The translations under genes were made by a program, and so were the position numbers. A DNA stretch of 64,000 nucleotides from a virus: positions 1-64,000 of the IMG/VR virus record IMGVR_UViG_3300036851_000411; one strand, written 5' to 3'. The notes under the pieces were generated by a model, which saw only the letters and a list, made by a program, of their open reading frames with translations, made no database searches and was not told the DNA's origin. Within the stretch, counting starts at the first letter, position 1. The number at the start of each line of letters is the position of its first letter. This document shows, one piece after another, positions 26,501-36,753 of the stretch.

Positions 26501-28114
26501 ATGCTTACCGCCGCCGAGATCGAAGGGCTCCTCGAGCGGGTCCGGTCCGGCACCCTGACGCTCGATCAGCAACGCGAGCTCTCGTTCCTCCTCTGTGATG
26601 TGCCGCCGGCGCCGCCGGCCATCCCGTTCACGGACTTCGTTGCCGAGGCGAAGCCCGACTATCGGTGGTGGGAGTGGAACACCCGACTCGCCGCGCGGCT
26701 GCAGGACGTGGCAGATGGGAAGATCCGTCGCCTCATGGTGTTCTGCCCGCCGCGCTATGGAAAGTCCGAGCTCACATCGAAGCTGTTCCCGGCCTACTAC
26801 CAGTACCGCTTCCCAATACGGCGCGTCGGGCTCAGTGCGTACGGCGAGGACCGCGCGCACGAGTATCTGAGCCACGCGCAGGAATACTATCTCCGCGTCG
26901 GCGGCAAGCTCCGCTCGTTGCGCGATGCGGGGCTCCGTCGTGGGTTCGAGGTCGAAGGCCGAGGCGGCATGTGGGCCGCGGGTCTCAATGGCGCGTTGCC
27001 TGGCCTCGGCTTCCACCTTGGCATTATCGACGATCCGCTGAAGAACATGGCGGAGGCGGCCAGTAAGGTCATCCAGTCGCGGAACATCAAGTGGTACAAC
27101 ACGACGTACTACAGCCGCCGGGAACCGAACGACGCGATCATTCTCATCACCACGCGGTGGCACCCGCGGGACCTCGCCGGGCAGATCCTCGAGCAGGAGC
27201 GCATCAACAAGGACGACGAGGGCGCGCTCGAAAACTGGCACATCGTCATCTACGACGAGACCCGCGACGAGAAGGAGCCCTACGACCTGCCGGACAATTG
27301 CTCGCTGGAGCCCGACTGGCGTAAGCACGGGGAGCTGCTGTGCCCCGAGCGATGGCCGGAGTCGGAGGTCAAGAAGAACCGCGCCAAGGGGACGTACAGC
27401 TATAGCACGGTCTACCAGCAGCGCCCGAAGACTTCGGAGGGCACGCGGTTCAAGGCTGAGTGGTTCCCCACGGTCGACGCCATGCCGGTGGATGTCACGG
27501 CGCGCGTGAGGTATTGGGATCTGGCGGGCACCGACGAGCCGAGCGACGAAGACTCGGATCCCGACTGGACGGTCGGCTTCCGCGTGTCACGCGGGCGGCA
27601 GGACCAGATCATCTATTTCGAGAAGATGAAGCGGTTCCGGAAGAAACCCGGCGGCCGCAATGCCACCATGCGTGAGACAGCGGAGGCCGACGCGCGGGAA
27701 TTCGGATCGGAGGAGCAACCCAATCGGCACGCGGTCGTGCAGTGGTGGGAAGGCGAGTCGGGGGTCGATGGCGGTGATCGCAATAAGGCGCTCGGCGCGG
27801 CGCTCGCCGGCCACATCTGCAAATTCGATCGACCCATCGCGAGTAAGGAAATGCGTCACGAGGTCCTCGCGGGGCAGGCGGAGGTCGGGAATGTGCGGCT
27901 AGTGGAGCCCAAGCGCGATGCGCATGGCAACCTGCTCGATGGGGAAGAGGACTGGATTCCAACGTTCCTCGACGAGATGACGAGCGTGCCGTTCGGGGCG
28001 CACGACGACATCGCGGACGCGGCGAGCGATGGCACGGCCAAAGTGCTCGACGCGCCCGAGCCCATTCTCGCCGAGATCGTGACGGTGGAGCTCAAGAGTC
28101 CCTTCGCGCTCTAG
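26501..28114 (+). CDS. terL: Terminase large subunit
   Basis: Walker A PPRYGKS, Walker B IIDDP, TRWH..DLAG, RYWDLA, HDDIADA nuclease motif. Confidence 0.95.
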   Translation: MLTAAEIEGLLERVRSGTLTLDQQRELSFLLCDVPPAPPAIPFTDFVAEAKPDYRWWEWNTRLAARLQDVADGKIRRLMVFCPPRYGKSELTSKLFPAYYQYRFPIRRVGLSAYGEDRAHEYLSHAQEYYLRVGGKLRSLRDAGLRRGFEVEGRGGMWAAGLNGALPGLGFHLGIIDDPLKNMAEAASKVIQSRNIKWYNTTYYSRREPNDAIILITTRWHPRDLAGQILEQERINKDDEGALENWHIVIYDETRDEKEPYDLPDNCSLEPDWRKHGELLCPERWPESEVKKNRAKGTYSYSTVYQQRPKTSEGTRFKAEWFPTVDAMPVDVTARVRYWDLAGTDEPSDEDSDPDWTVGFRVSRGRQDQIIYFEKMKRFRKKPGGRNATMRETAEADAREFGSEEQPNRHAVVQWWEGESGVDGGDRNKALGAALAGHICKFDRPIASKEMRHEVLAGQAEVGNVRLVEPKRDAHGNLLDGEEDWIPTFLDEMTSVPFGAHDDIADAASDGTAKVLDAPEPILAEIVTVELKSPFAL

Positions 28115-28148
28115 CGACTCCGGCTAAGGCTGTCGCGGATTTTCGATC

Positions 28149-28165
28149 TATGCTATTATCACATA
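28149..28165. promoter_or_regulatory. Class I operator upstream of the portal gene
   Basis: TATGCTATTATCACATA (reverse complement TATGTGATAATAGCATA). Confidence 0.7.
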
Positions 28166-28207
28166 ACTCGCGGTCTCCTCTCCACGGCCCCACCCGGAGT
28201 GCATCGG

Positions 28208-29653
28208 ATGTCCAAACGGCGGCGCGGCGGCACTGCCCTCGACGCACTCGCCGGGTCGCCCGGCCCATCCGGTGGTCGGTCGAGCCCCTATGTCGAGCTG
28301 GGCTCCACCGGCCTCTCCAACGTCGGCGGGTTCGTTCGCGCGGATTTCCTCCCGCAGCTCGTCGGCCGGCAGGGGATCCTCGCTTATCAGGAGATGGAGA
28401 ACAACGATGCGCTGATCGGCGGCATCCTCTACGCCATGCAGATGCTGATCCGCTCGGGCGAGTGGACGATCGAGCCCAACGAGCTGGCGACGAAAGCGGC
28501 CGGACCGGGCGGGAAGATCAGCCCCGCGGCGCAGAACGCGGTCGACTTCATGCGCGATGCGTTGTTCGAAAGCATGGATCACCCGTTCGATGAGCTGATC
28601 ACCGACGCGCTCACGATGCTGCCCTACGGGTTCGCGCCCTGCGAGTCCGTGCTCAAGAAGCTTCCGGCGTCCAACCTCGGGCCCGCGCGCATCGGCTTCA
28701 AGTCAGTCCGGCTCCGCGCCCAGGATACGCTCTACAAGTGGGAGTTCGATCCGGAGTCCGGTGACCTGTTAGGCATGTGGCAACAGGACTTCCAGAACCC
28801 GGTCGCCTACATCCCGTACGACCGGTTGGCGTTGTTCCGCACCAACTCGAGCCGTGGCAATCCCGAGGGACGCTCGGTTCTCCGCAACTCGTACAAGTAT
28901 TACAAGCGCAAAGGGGCGATCGAGGAGGCCGAAGGTCGCGCCGCACTCCGATCGGCTGGTCTCGTGGTGATGCGGGTGCCGTGGAGCATCATGAACCCGA
29001 CCGCCGGCCAGATCGAGCGAAACATCTTCGCGCAGCTCAAGACCGCGCTCGCCAGCATCGCCGAGGACCGGCAGGGCGCGGTCATCCTGCCGAGTGATCC
29101 GTACGAGGGTCAGCAGGGCAAGCGTGGCGGCTATCAGTACGACATCGACTACAAAGTCGCCGATGGCCGGCGATCGGCCGACATGAGCACGCTGGTCGAG
29201 CGCATGGACAAGCGCATCGCCGGATCCGTGCTCGCCGACTTTATCCTCATCGGGCAGCAGGCTGCCGGTTCGTACGCCATGCACGGCGACAAGACCGAGA
29301 TGTTCACGAACGCGTTAGGTGGGTACAACCGCGTCATCGAGGCGGAGCTCAACCGCCGGACGATCCGACGATGGTGGCACCTCAACGGCCTGCCGGACGA
29401 GCTGCGTCCGCGACTCAAGCCGAAGAAGCTGTCGAAAGAGCAGCTCGAGAAGATCGGCGCGTTCGTCGGGCAACTGGCGGCTGCCGGCATGCTCCCGCCG
29501 GACAAGGCGTTGTCGAACAGACTGCTGGGGATGGCCGAGCTGCCACCGTCCGAGGTCCCGCTTCCGCCGCCGAGGAGCGCGACGCCCCCACCGGGGCGGC
29601 CTAACGCGCTCACAGGGACGGATCCCGACGACGAGGAGCACGCTGATGCCTGA
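28208..29653 (+). CDS. Portal protein
   Basis: Position after terL; ELGSTGL, YGFAPCE.V.K, GNPEGRSVLR, GSYA motifs. Confidence 0.85.
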   Translation: MSKRRRGGTALDALAGSPGPSGGRSSPYVELGSTGLSNVGGFVRADFLPQLVGRQGILAYQEMENNDALIGGILYAMQMLIRSGEWTIEPNELATKAAGPGGKISPAAQNAVDFMRDALFESMDHPFDELITDALTMLPYGFAPCESVLKKLPASNLGPARIGFKSVRLRAQDTLYKWEFDPESGDLLGMWQQDFQNPVAYIPYDRLALFRTNSSRGNPEGRSVLRNSYKYYKRKGAIEEAEGRAALRSAGLVVMRVPWSIMNPTAGQIERNIFAQLKTALASIAEDRQGAVILPSDPYEGQQGKRGGYQYDIDYKVADGRRSADMSTLVERMDKRIAGSVLADFILIGQQAAGSYAMHGDKTEMFTNALGGYNRVIEAELNRRTIRRWWHLNGLPDELRPRLKPKKLSKEQLEKIGAFVGQLAAAGMLPPDKALSNRLLGMAELPPSEVPLPPPRSATPPPGRPNALTGTDPDDEEHADA

Positions 29654-29867
29654 TTTCGGCCGGCACGTCACGTCGATCACCCCGAACCACGAGGGGCTCG
29701 ACGAGGACGACATCGCGCTCACCCGCCGGCATGCGCGCATCGCCGCCGAGTTCGCGGCGGAGCTGGAGCGGCAGGGCATGGACGAGAGTCGCGTCACCTT
29801 CATCACCGGTGACTACATCGCGAGCCTTGCGGCGAACGATGACCCCAAACAGCCGTGGGCATCGTGA
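29646..29867 (+). CDS. Hypothetical protein
   Basis: GAGGAG RBS; coupled. Confidence 0.5.
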   Translation: MPDFGRHVTSITPNHEGLDEDDIALTRRHARIAAEFAAELERQGMDESRVTFITGDYIASLAANDDPKQPWAS

Positions 29868-30062
29868 GCGACGCCGCCGTGCGCTGCCACTACGTGTGGG
29901 TGATGGCCACCACAGTCCGCGTGCAGACCGTGTGTGAGGACGACTCGTTCACGTTCGGCGTAGTCCACCCGGGTCAGGCCTTCCATGGCGTGCCGTACGA
30001 GGCGCTGCAGGCCGGGAAGTATGACGCGGCGATGCAGTTCGTCCCGTTCGGCACCTAACGCG

Positions 30063-32675
30063 GTGGCGACGCTCTTCGCGGCGCTCCGGGCCGAGGCGCA
30101 GTCGGCAGTCGCCAAGGGCGCGGCGATGTACGTCGGCCGCCGGCTGCTGAACGAGCGCGCGCTCCGCACCTGGTGGGTGGCGAACAGAAAGGCGGGTGAG
30201 CCTGACCTCGATCCGAACCCGCACATCACCGTTGCCTACTCGCGCACCGCGGTGCATCTGGCGCCCGACGATGACCTGGTCGTCGTGCCGCCGGCCGCCA
30301 TGATCGGCTTTCGCGTGTTAGGCACGGATCGCGCGGTCGTCCTGGAGATCGATGGCGCGCTCGCCCTGCGCGTCATGCACAGCGGCGATCCTGCCGGTCA
30401 CGCTGGCAACGACGGCGAGGCCGGCGTCCTCAATGCGCGCTTTGCCCAGTATCGCGAGGCGGGCGCGACGTGGGACCATGGGTCGTATACGCCGCATCTG
30501 ACGCTGTTCTACCTGCCCGCTGGCTACGACTCGACCGACTGGCGCGACGGCCCCGACCAGTGGCCGCCGTTGCCGGACTTCCCGCTGGTGTTCGGCCGGG
30601 AGCTGCGCGCGAACGGCGACGACGATGCGTTCGACCAGCCGGGCGCAGAGGCGGGCGTCGAGAAGCTGCTGCGCATGCTGTTCGGCGGTGAGCAGATCGC
30701 GAAGGCCACGACGGTCGCCGCGCCGATCCTTCGCGCGACATGGCTGGCGTGGCCTGATGCCGAGTCTCTCGCGGACACGTCGGACGAGTGGCTGTACCAC
30801 GTCACCAGCGCGGCCAACGCCGACGCGATCCTGACTGAGGGCTTCGCGCCCGACGATTGTGAGCGGACCATCACCGGTGGTGTGGACGAGGCGCAGTCGG
30901 TCGGGCGCTCGTTCTTCACCGACCGGGGCGGCGTCGCCTACTGGGCCGAGCGCATCGGGACTGCGTTAGGCGGCGTTCCGTTGGCCGTGGTTGCCATTCC
31001 GAAGCGAAGCGTCCCGCACGCCGAGCACGACGCGTTAGGCACGCAGCAGGCCGGCGGGCACGCCGCGTTTTGCGTTGAGGGTCCGATTCTGCCGCGTGGC
31101 GTCGGGCGGTCGACGTGGGGCGAGCTGGTTGACCGTGTTGTTGGCAAGCGCGAGACGAAGGTCCCAAGCCCGCCGCTCCGGCGCGGGTTGCAATGGCTCA
31201 CAGCCGCCGGCCAGCGGCGCGCGCAGTCCGCCGCCGACCGCTACGCCGCAGATCTCCGCGCCGGGCGCGCCACGGTGTTCGATCGCGTTCTGCGCGACGA
31301 GCGACGGGATCGCCAGCTGCAGCGCATGCGGCGCGAGGACGAGCCGCCGCCGCCGACGCTCATCGACACACTCGCGGCGACGTACCGCCGACGCCTCGAG
31401 CGGCATTACCACAACGTCGAGCACCAGTACGCCGACGTAGTGGAAGAGGCACGCCGGGACCGCGCGGAGTGGGATGGGATGATGGAGTCCTATGTCCGCG
31501 ACGGTGGCAGTCGCTACCTCGTGACGAAAGAGTGGGTGACCGCCGAGGATGAGCGGGTGCGTCACGCCCACGCCGCGCTCCACGGCCGCACCATTCCGTA
31601 CGACGCGCTCTTTCAGGGTCAGCACGGACCGGTCTGGGGGACGCCCGACGGACTCGGATGTCGGTGCCGACTTCGCGTTGCGTTCCCGACAATCGACGGC
31701 GACGCGCTCGAGGAGTCAGCCGAGAAGTCGTTGACACGCTCCGTCGGTGCCTGGCTCGTGGCCAAATTCCGCCCCGCGCAACACCGCGTGCCGGGCGGTC
31801 TGCCGCGTGGTGGTCGGTGGGCAGGCTCGGCGTCGGCGCGAGCGCACCAGACGCTCGCCGTGTTGCCGTCGGCGGACGATGCGGGGCATTACGTGGCGGT
31901 GCCATTCCCGCTGCATCAGCGGTTCGAGCATGAGCGGGCGTATGGACGTGCGATTTCGATGCGTGCCCGCCCGACGGTCGAGTCGGTGCCGCTGTCGGAG
32001 CTCCACGCCACGCAAGCACTCGTGCACCGCGCTGGCGTCGCACGGTGGATCGACGGCAGGGACGAGGCCGATGCGCAACCCGCGCGCCTGATGCGTGATC
32101 CGAGCGGACGCGTGCTCATCCAGCAGGGCCATCATGAGGCGACCGCAGCGCGGCTCCGAGGGGACACGCACCTCGACGCCGAGGTCTACGATCTCGCGTC
32201 CGAGGCGCTCTGGAAGGAATGGGCACCGACCGACGTACCTGAGCACATCCAGAAAGCGCTCGACGCCAGACTCGGGATTTCGGATATCGAAAAGTCGGAA
32301 GACGAGCAACGGCTCGTTACCGGATGGGCGCTCGTCTGCACGGAGCCCGACGGCACGCCGCTGGTCGATCGACAGAATGACATCGTCGATATCCGCGAGC
32401 TCGAGCAGGCCGCGCACCGTTTCATGGTGGAGTATGCCGACGGTGGGATTGTGCATCTGCGCGACGCGGACGGCGAGCCCATTGTCGCTGGCCGGATCGT
32501 CGAGTCCATGGTGGTGACGCCCGAGCTCAAGGCGGCGTTAGGCCTGCCGGGGGACACGCCACTCGGCTGGCTCGTGACCTTCCATGTCACGAGTGACGAG
32601 GTGTGGGCGCGCGTGAAAGCGGGCGAGCTCCGCATGTTTTCGATCGGCGGGAAGGCGGACCGCGTACCGGTTTGA
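30063..32675 (+). CDS. Multidomain head protein: Acb1-like 2H phosphoesterase + ART-like + MuF + ParB-like + XkdF-type prohead protease
   Basis: PHITVAYS/PHLTLFY; LYHVTS..NADAIL.EG; KEWVT.EDERVR.AH..LHG...GCRC; LHATQ...QGHH; EQRLVTGWA...GWLV...MFSIGG. Start uncertain (29985/30063/30126). Confidence 0.8.
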   Translation: MATLFAALRAEAQSAVAKGAAMYVGRRLLNERALRTWWVANRKAGEPDLDPNPHITVAYSRTAVHLAPDDDLVVVPPAAMIGFRVLGTDRAVVLEIDGALALRVMHSGDPAGHAGNDGEAGVLNARFAQYREAGATWDHGSYTPHLTLFYLPAGYDSTDWRDGPDQWPPLPDFPLVFGRELRANGDDDAFDQPGAEAGVEKLLRMLFGGEQIAKATTVAAPILRATWLAWPDAESLADTSDEWLYHVTSAANADAILTEGFAPDDCERTITGGVDEAQSVGRSFFTDRGGVAYWAERIGTALGGVPLAVVAIPKRSVPHAEHDALGTQQAGGHAAFCVEGPILPRGVGRSTWGELVDRVVGKRETKVPSPPLRRGLQWLTAAGQRRAQSAADRYAADLRAGRATVFDRVLRDERRDRQLQRMRREDEPPPPTLIDTLAATYRRRLERHYHNVEHQYADVVEEARRDRAEWDGMMESYVRDGGSRYLVTKEWVTAEDERVRHAHAALHGRTIPYDALFQGQHGPVWGTPDGLGCRCRLRVAFPTIDGDALEESAEKSLTRSVGAWLVAKFRPAQHRVPGGLPRGGRWAGSASARAHQTLAVLPSADDAGHYVAVPFPLHQRFEHERAYGRAISMRARPTVESVPLSELHATQALVHRAGVARWIDGRDEADAQPARLMRDPSGRVLIQQGHHEATAARLRGDTHLDAEVYDLASEALWKEWAPTDVPEHIQKALDARLGISDIEKSEDEQRLVTGWALVCTEPDGTPLVDRQNDIVDIRELEQAAHRFMVEYADGGIVHLRDADGEPIVAGRIVESMVVTPELKAALGLPGDTPLGWLVTFHVTSDEVWARVKAGELRMFSIGGKADRVPV

Positions 32676-32722
32676 GCATAGCTCGAGCGGGGTAGATTCG
32701 TCCGGGTTCCGTGGCACGACGC

Positions 32723-32750
32723 TTGACTCTATGTGATAATCGCATAAGTT
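32723..32750 (+). promoter_or_regulatory. Class I promoter/operator upstream of scaffold and capsid
   Basis: TTGACT-C-TATGTGATAATCGCA-TAAGTT. Confidence 0.8.
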
Positions 32751-32816
32751 GCGCGACGTGAAGACACCAGCCGCCCTCGCCGAGCGCCCCATGGGCCTGT
32801 CGTAAGGCTCGATGCG

Positions 32817-33791
32817 ATGCCGAGCGACGCCTCGACTCCGACGTTCCTCCGGCGGCTCCGCCTCCGTGAGGTGTCGCTGGTCCCGCGCGGCGCGAACCAG
32901 CGGGCGGACGTGCTCATCGTCAAATCCGACGCCGACCCCGGTCCCGCCTCCGCGGAGCGCTCCATGAGAAACCCGATCGTGAAGTTCCTCGGTGGCCTCA
33001 AGCACGCGGTCCTCGCCATGGCCACGACCGACGCCCAGAGGGCCGCGGTCGCGAAGGGTTTTGGCGACGCCGAGGCCGCGCTCGCCGAACCGGTCACCGA
33101 TGGTGGCGCCGACAACGGGGATGGGAATGGTGCGGCTGCGGTCGACGTAGCCGCGATCGCCGATGCCGTGGCCGAGAAGATGGCGGCGCGCTGCGCGAAG
33201 GCGGGCTGTGGTGGGATGATCGAGAAGGGCAAGTGCGCCAAGTGCGGCGCCATGACCAAGGCCGACAACTCGGGAGATGCCGCGATGGATCAGGAAGCGA
33301 TCAACAAGGCGATCGGCGACGCGGTCGGCGCGGTCCGGACCGAGTTCACCACGGCGATCACGAAAGCGCAGGCCGACATCACGAAGGCGAACGAGCGCGC
33401 TGACGCCGCCGAGGCCAAGGTCGCCACGCTCGAGAAGGCGCAGAGCGAGCAGACGAACATCGCGAAGGCGCAGGAGCTGCTCGGCGAGCTGCCGGGCGAT
33501 GCCAAGCCGATCGCGAGCCTCCTCGCGAAGGCCAGCCCGGAAGAGCGCGCCGAGTTCGAGAAGATCGCGAAGGCCGGGAACGCCGCGACGCAGAGCGCCC
33601 GCCTGTTCGTGCCCGCCGGCCGCGATGTCGCGATGAGCGGCAGTGCGCTTGCCGAGATCGAGTCGAAGGCCGCCCAGGTGGCCAAGGACCAGAAGATCAC
33701 GAAGGAGCAGGCGTTCGACGTGGTCGTCAAGGCGGATCCGTCGCTCTACACGCGCTACCGCGCGGAGAACGAGATCCGTCCGCAGAGCTGA
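32817..33791 (+). CDS. Scaffolding protein with an N-terminal protease-like strand
   Basis: LRLREVSLVPRGANQ, then Ala/Lys/Glu coiled coil; precedes the capsid genes. Confidence 0.7.
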   Translation: MPSDASTPTFLRRLRLREVSLVPRGANQRADVLIVKSDADPGPASAERSMRNPIVKFLGGLKHAVLAMATTDAQRAAVAKGFGDAEAALAEPVTDGGADNGDGNGAAAVDVAAIADAVAEKMAARCAKAGCGGMIEKGKCAKCGAMTKADNSGDAAMDQEAINKAIGDAVGAVRTEFTTAITKAQADITKANERADAAEAKVATLEKAQSEQTNIAKAQELLGELPGDAKPIASLLAKASPEERAEFEKIAKAGNAATQSARLFVPAGRDVAMSGSALAEIESKAAQVAKDQKITKEQAFDVVVKADPSLYTRYRAENEIRPQS

Positions 33792-33867
33792 GTCCCGGTC
33801 CGACCTCGCGTTCCCCGTGTTCCAACTCGCGTTTCTCCTGTCACCGCGTTAGGCGAGGACCGATCCT

Positions 33868-34305
33868 ATGGCAACCGAAGGCGGCAACACCCGATCGACG
33901 CTCGCAGGCGTGGCCGGCGAGGACCTCAGCGCCAAGGCCGGCTACATCGCGAAGATGAATTCGAGCGGTGTCTGGGTGCTCGCCAGCACCGGTGAGATGG
34001 GCTTTCCGATCATCGTCGGCGCGGCCAGCGGTGGCGCCATCACGCTCGCGACCCCGGGCTATGTCGCCTGCGTGGTGGCCGGCGCGGCGATCGCCACGCC
34101 GTTCACGACGCTCAAGGCCGACTCGGCGGGCAAGGTGCAGGCCGCCGTCAAGGGCCGCACCGATACGTCCGATGCGGGCGCCGCGGTGGATCCGCTTCTC
34201 GGCTCCAACGTGCTCGGTTTCAATCTCACGGCCGCCGCGGGTGACCTCTCGGTCATCGAGATGCTGGTCTGTCCCGTCGGCGCTGTGCCCACGACTGCCG
34301 CCTAA
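33868..34305 (+). CDS. Capsid decoration/cement protein
   Basis: Small Ala/Gly-rich protein directly before the major capsid gene. Confidence 0.65.
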   Translation: MATEGGNTRSTLAGVAGEDLSAKAGYIAKMNSSGVWVLASTGEMGFPIIVGAASGGAITLATPGYVACVVAGAAIATPFTTLKADSAGKVQAAVKGRTDTSDAGAAVDPLLGSNVLGFNLTAAAGDLSVIEMLVCPVGAVPTTAA

Positions 34306-34367
34306 CGGCGGACGGCGCTCACCCTCCCGACTTCTTCCATCCCGGTTTCGCTCAGGAGACGCCAGCT

Positions 34368-35366
34368 ATGCCGTTCGCCCCGACCCGCGGTCAGATCCAC
34401 GTCGACCGCCTGCTGACGAACATCACGATCGGCTTCTTGCAGGATGCGCGAGCGTTCGTCGCACCGCGCGTCTTCCAGCGCGTTCCTGTCCTCAAGCAGA
34501 GCGACCGGTACGCCGTGTATGACCGCGGCTTCTTCTTCCGGAACCAGATGAAGAAGCGGGCGCCGGGCACCGAAGCGGCACGTGTCCACTACGCGATCGA
34601 CAACACGCCGACGTACTACGCCGACGTGTGGGCGCTCGCCAAGGACATCGCTGACCAGGACCGCGCCAACTACGACCAGCCGCTGCTCGGCCCGGACCGT
34701 GAGGCGTCGCTGTTCCTCGGTCAGCAGGCGCTCCTGAACCAGGAGACGGAGTTCGTCACCAACTGGTTCAAGACGGGCGTCTGGACGACCGAATACACCG
34801 GCGTCGCGTCGAGCCCGAGTGGCCCGCAGTTCCTCCAGTGGAACGACGCGGCGTCGAATCCGATCGAGGACATCCGTGCGCGGAAGCGCGCGGCCCGCGA
34901 GCTCACCGGGTACGAACTCAACATCCTCACGCTCGGCCGCGCGGTCTACGACGCGCTGCTCGATCACCCCGACATCATCGACCGCATCAAGTACGGCCAG
35001 ACGCCTGGCCAGCCGGCGATGGCGAACGAGCAGATCCTCGCGCAGCTGTTCGAAGTCGACGAGGTGAATGTCATGAACGGCATTCAGACGACTTCGAACG
35101 AAGGCGCGACCAACACGTTCGCCTTCATCGGCGGCAAGCACGCGATGCTCACGTACCGCCCACCGGCCCCGGGGCTCTTCGTCCCAGCAGCTGGCTACAC
35201 GTTCGTGTGGACGGGCTACCAGGGCAGCGCGGGCGAGCTCGGCACGGAAGTCAGCCAGTACCGGATGCCGGAGCTCAAGAGCGACCGCACCGAGATCGAG
35301 GCCGCGTACGACCAGAAGCTCGTGTCGGCCGACCTCGGCGTGTTCTTCGCCAGCGCCGTCGCGTAA
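34368..35366 (+). CDS. Major capsid protein
   Basis: HVDRLLTNI.IG, F..VPV.KQSDRY, WND.ASNPIEDI, LLDHPDIIDRIKY; strongly biased codons. Confidence 0.88.
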   Translation: MPFAPTRGQIHVDRLLTNITIGFLQDARAFVAPRVFQRVPVLKQSDRYAVYDRGFFFRNQMKKRAPGTEAARVHYAIDNTPTYYADVWALAKDIADQDRANYDQPLLGPDREASLFLGQQALLNQETEFVTNWFKTGVWTTEYTGVASSPSGPQFLQWNDAASNPIEDIRARKRAARELTGYELNILTLGRAVYDALLDHPDIIDRIKYGQTPGQPAMANEQILAQLFEVDEVNVMNGIQTTSNEGATNTFAFIGGKHAMLTYRPPAPGLFVPAAGYTFVWTGYQGSAGELGTEVSQYRMPELKSDRTEIEAAYDQKLVSADLGVFFASAVA

Positions 35367-35373
35367 CGCAAGC

Positions 35374-36081
35374 GTGCGACGCGGCCGGGTCTTCCCGCCT
35401 TTCGATCCCGCCGGGCCCTTCGTGGCTCGGCGGGAAGGCCTCACGCTAGGCGGGACGGCGTACCATGCTGGTGCGGTGGTCGATGTCAGCGGCGTCAATG
35501 CACGCCGCGTGCGGCAGCTGTTCGACTGGCGGTGGATCGCGCATCCGGCGAAAGCCACGACCGACGAGTCGACCGCGACTCAGCCGCCAGTCGGCAGCAG
35601 CTCCACCGAGACGCCATCGACCGATGATGGCCGCTTAGCCCGCGAGGCCGCGGTTGCACTGCTCGCTTACGAGGCGCCGGCCATTCGCCGGATCCTCGCT
35701 GAGCATTTCGTGAATCCTGAGCACCTCGCGGGTGCAAAGCTGATGCTTGGGCTCGCGCGTGATATCGAGGGATCTGAGCGACAGCGCGCCGAAGTCATCG
35801 ACGCGATCACCGCACAACTCGCCGCGTATGACGGGAGCGCTGCGATCAGCGGCGACGGCATCGGCGAAGCATTGCCGCCGTTCGAACTCCGACCGACCGA
35901 GTTGGGACTGCGGGTCGGGCTCGGAGGTGCTGGGGACGAGGAGCCTAACGAGGATTCTACAACCCCGCCCAGCGGGGTCAGCGATGACCCCGAGACGAAT
36001 GCGCCCAGCACGTCCCCGTCTGAGGACGCGTCGCCGTCCGCGGGGCAGGGCACACCGCGCCCACCGAAGCGGAAGCGCTAG
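35374..36081 (+). CDS. Hypothetical head-associated protein
   Basis: Follows the capsid gene; low-complexity C-terminus. Confidence 0.55.
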   Translation: MRRGRVFPPFDPAGPFVARREGLTLGGTAYHAGAVVDVSGVNARRVRQLFDWRWIAHPAKATTDESTATQPPVGSSSTETPSTDDGRLAREAAVALLAYEAPAIRRILAEHFVNPEHLAGAKLMLGLARDIEGSERQRAEVIDAITAQLAAYDGSAAISGDGIGEALPPFELRPTELGLRVGLGGAGDEEPNEDSTTPPSGVSDDPETNAPSTSPSEDASPSAGQGTPRPPKRKR

Positions 36082-36114
36082 CGCCCGCGTCACCCTGCAT
36101 CCAGGAGTCCGCGC

Positions 36115-36729
36115 GTGGCGTTTACCGTCGAAGACGGTTCCGGGTTAGCCAACGCCACCGCGCTTGTTGCCGTGGCGACGGTCGATGCGTTCTGGGCCGA
36201 CCGCGGTGGCAACGCCACGTGGGATGCGATCGCCGACATTCCCTCCGGCGCGACCGAGGAGGAACAGAAGCAAGCGGCGATTGTAAAGGCGAGCGACTAC
36301 GTCCGCTCGCATCCCGGCTATCGCTGGCGCGGATCGAAGAAGACGGCCGCGCAGCGCATGCCATGGCCGCGCACCGGGGCGCAGGAACGCGACGGTGCCG
36401 AGGCGCTGCCTGACGACGCGGTGCCGTGGCAAGTCGTTGACGCCGTGTGCGTGCTCGCGCCTCGCGCCGCGGCCGGCGAGAACCTCTTCCCGGATCTCAC
36501 GCGCGGCGGGCAGATCGCGTCGCAGACGGTTGGGCCCATCTCGACGAGCTACTTCAAGAATGCGCCGGTCGGGAAGGTCCTCCAGGCGGTCGACGGGCTG
36601 GTTGCGCCGCTCCTCCGCCTCGGCCTGAGCGACGACCCGATCGACCCGTTCTTCTCGATCCTCTCGGTGCCTGACGTGTTCGTGGAGTCGAACTACTCCA
36701 ACCTGACCGGTGGAGCGGGTGCTCCGTGA
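36115..36729 (+). CDS. Head-tail adaptor (DnaT-like family)
   Basis: MAFTVEDGSGLANA, W.G.K....Q...WPR, VGPIS.SY. Confidence 0.8.
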   Translation: MAFTVEDGSGLANATALVAVATVDAFWADRGGNATWDAIADIPSGATEEEQKQAAIVKASDYVRSHPGYRWRGSKKTAAQRMPWPRTGAQERDGAEALPDDAVPWQVVDAVCVLAPRAAAGENLFPDLTRGGQIASQTVGPISTSYFKNAPVGKVLQAVDGLVAPLLRLGLSDDPIDPFFSILSVPDVFVESNYSNLTGGAGAP

Positions 36730-36753
36730 GCGGCGACGTATGAGTAGCGCCGT

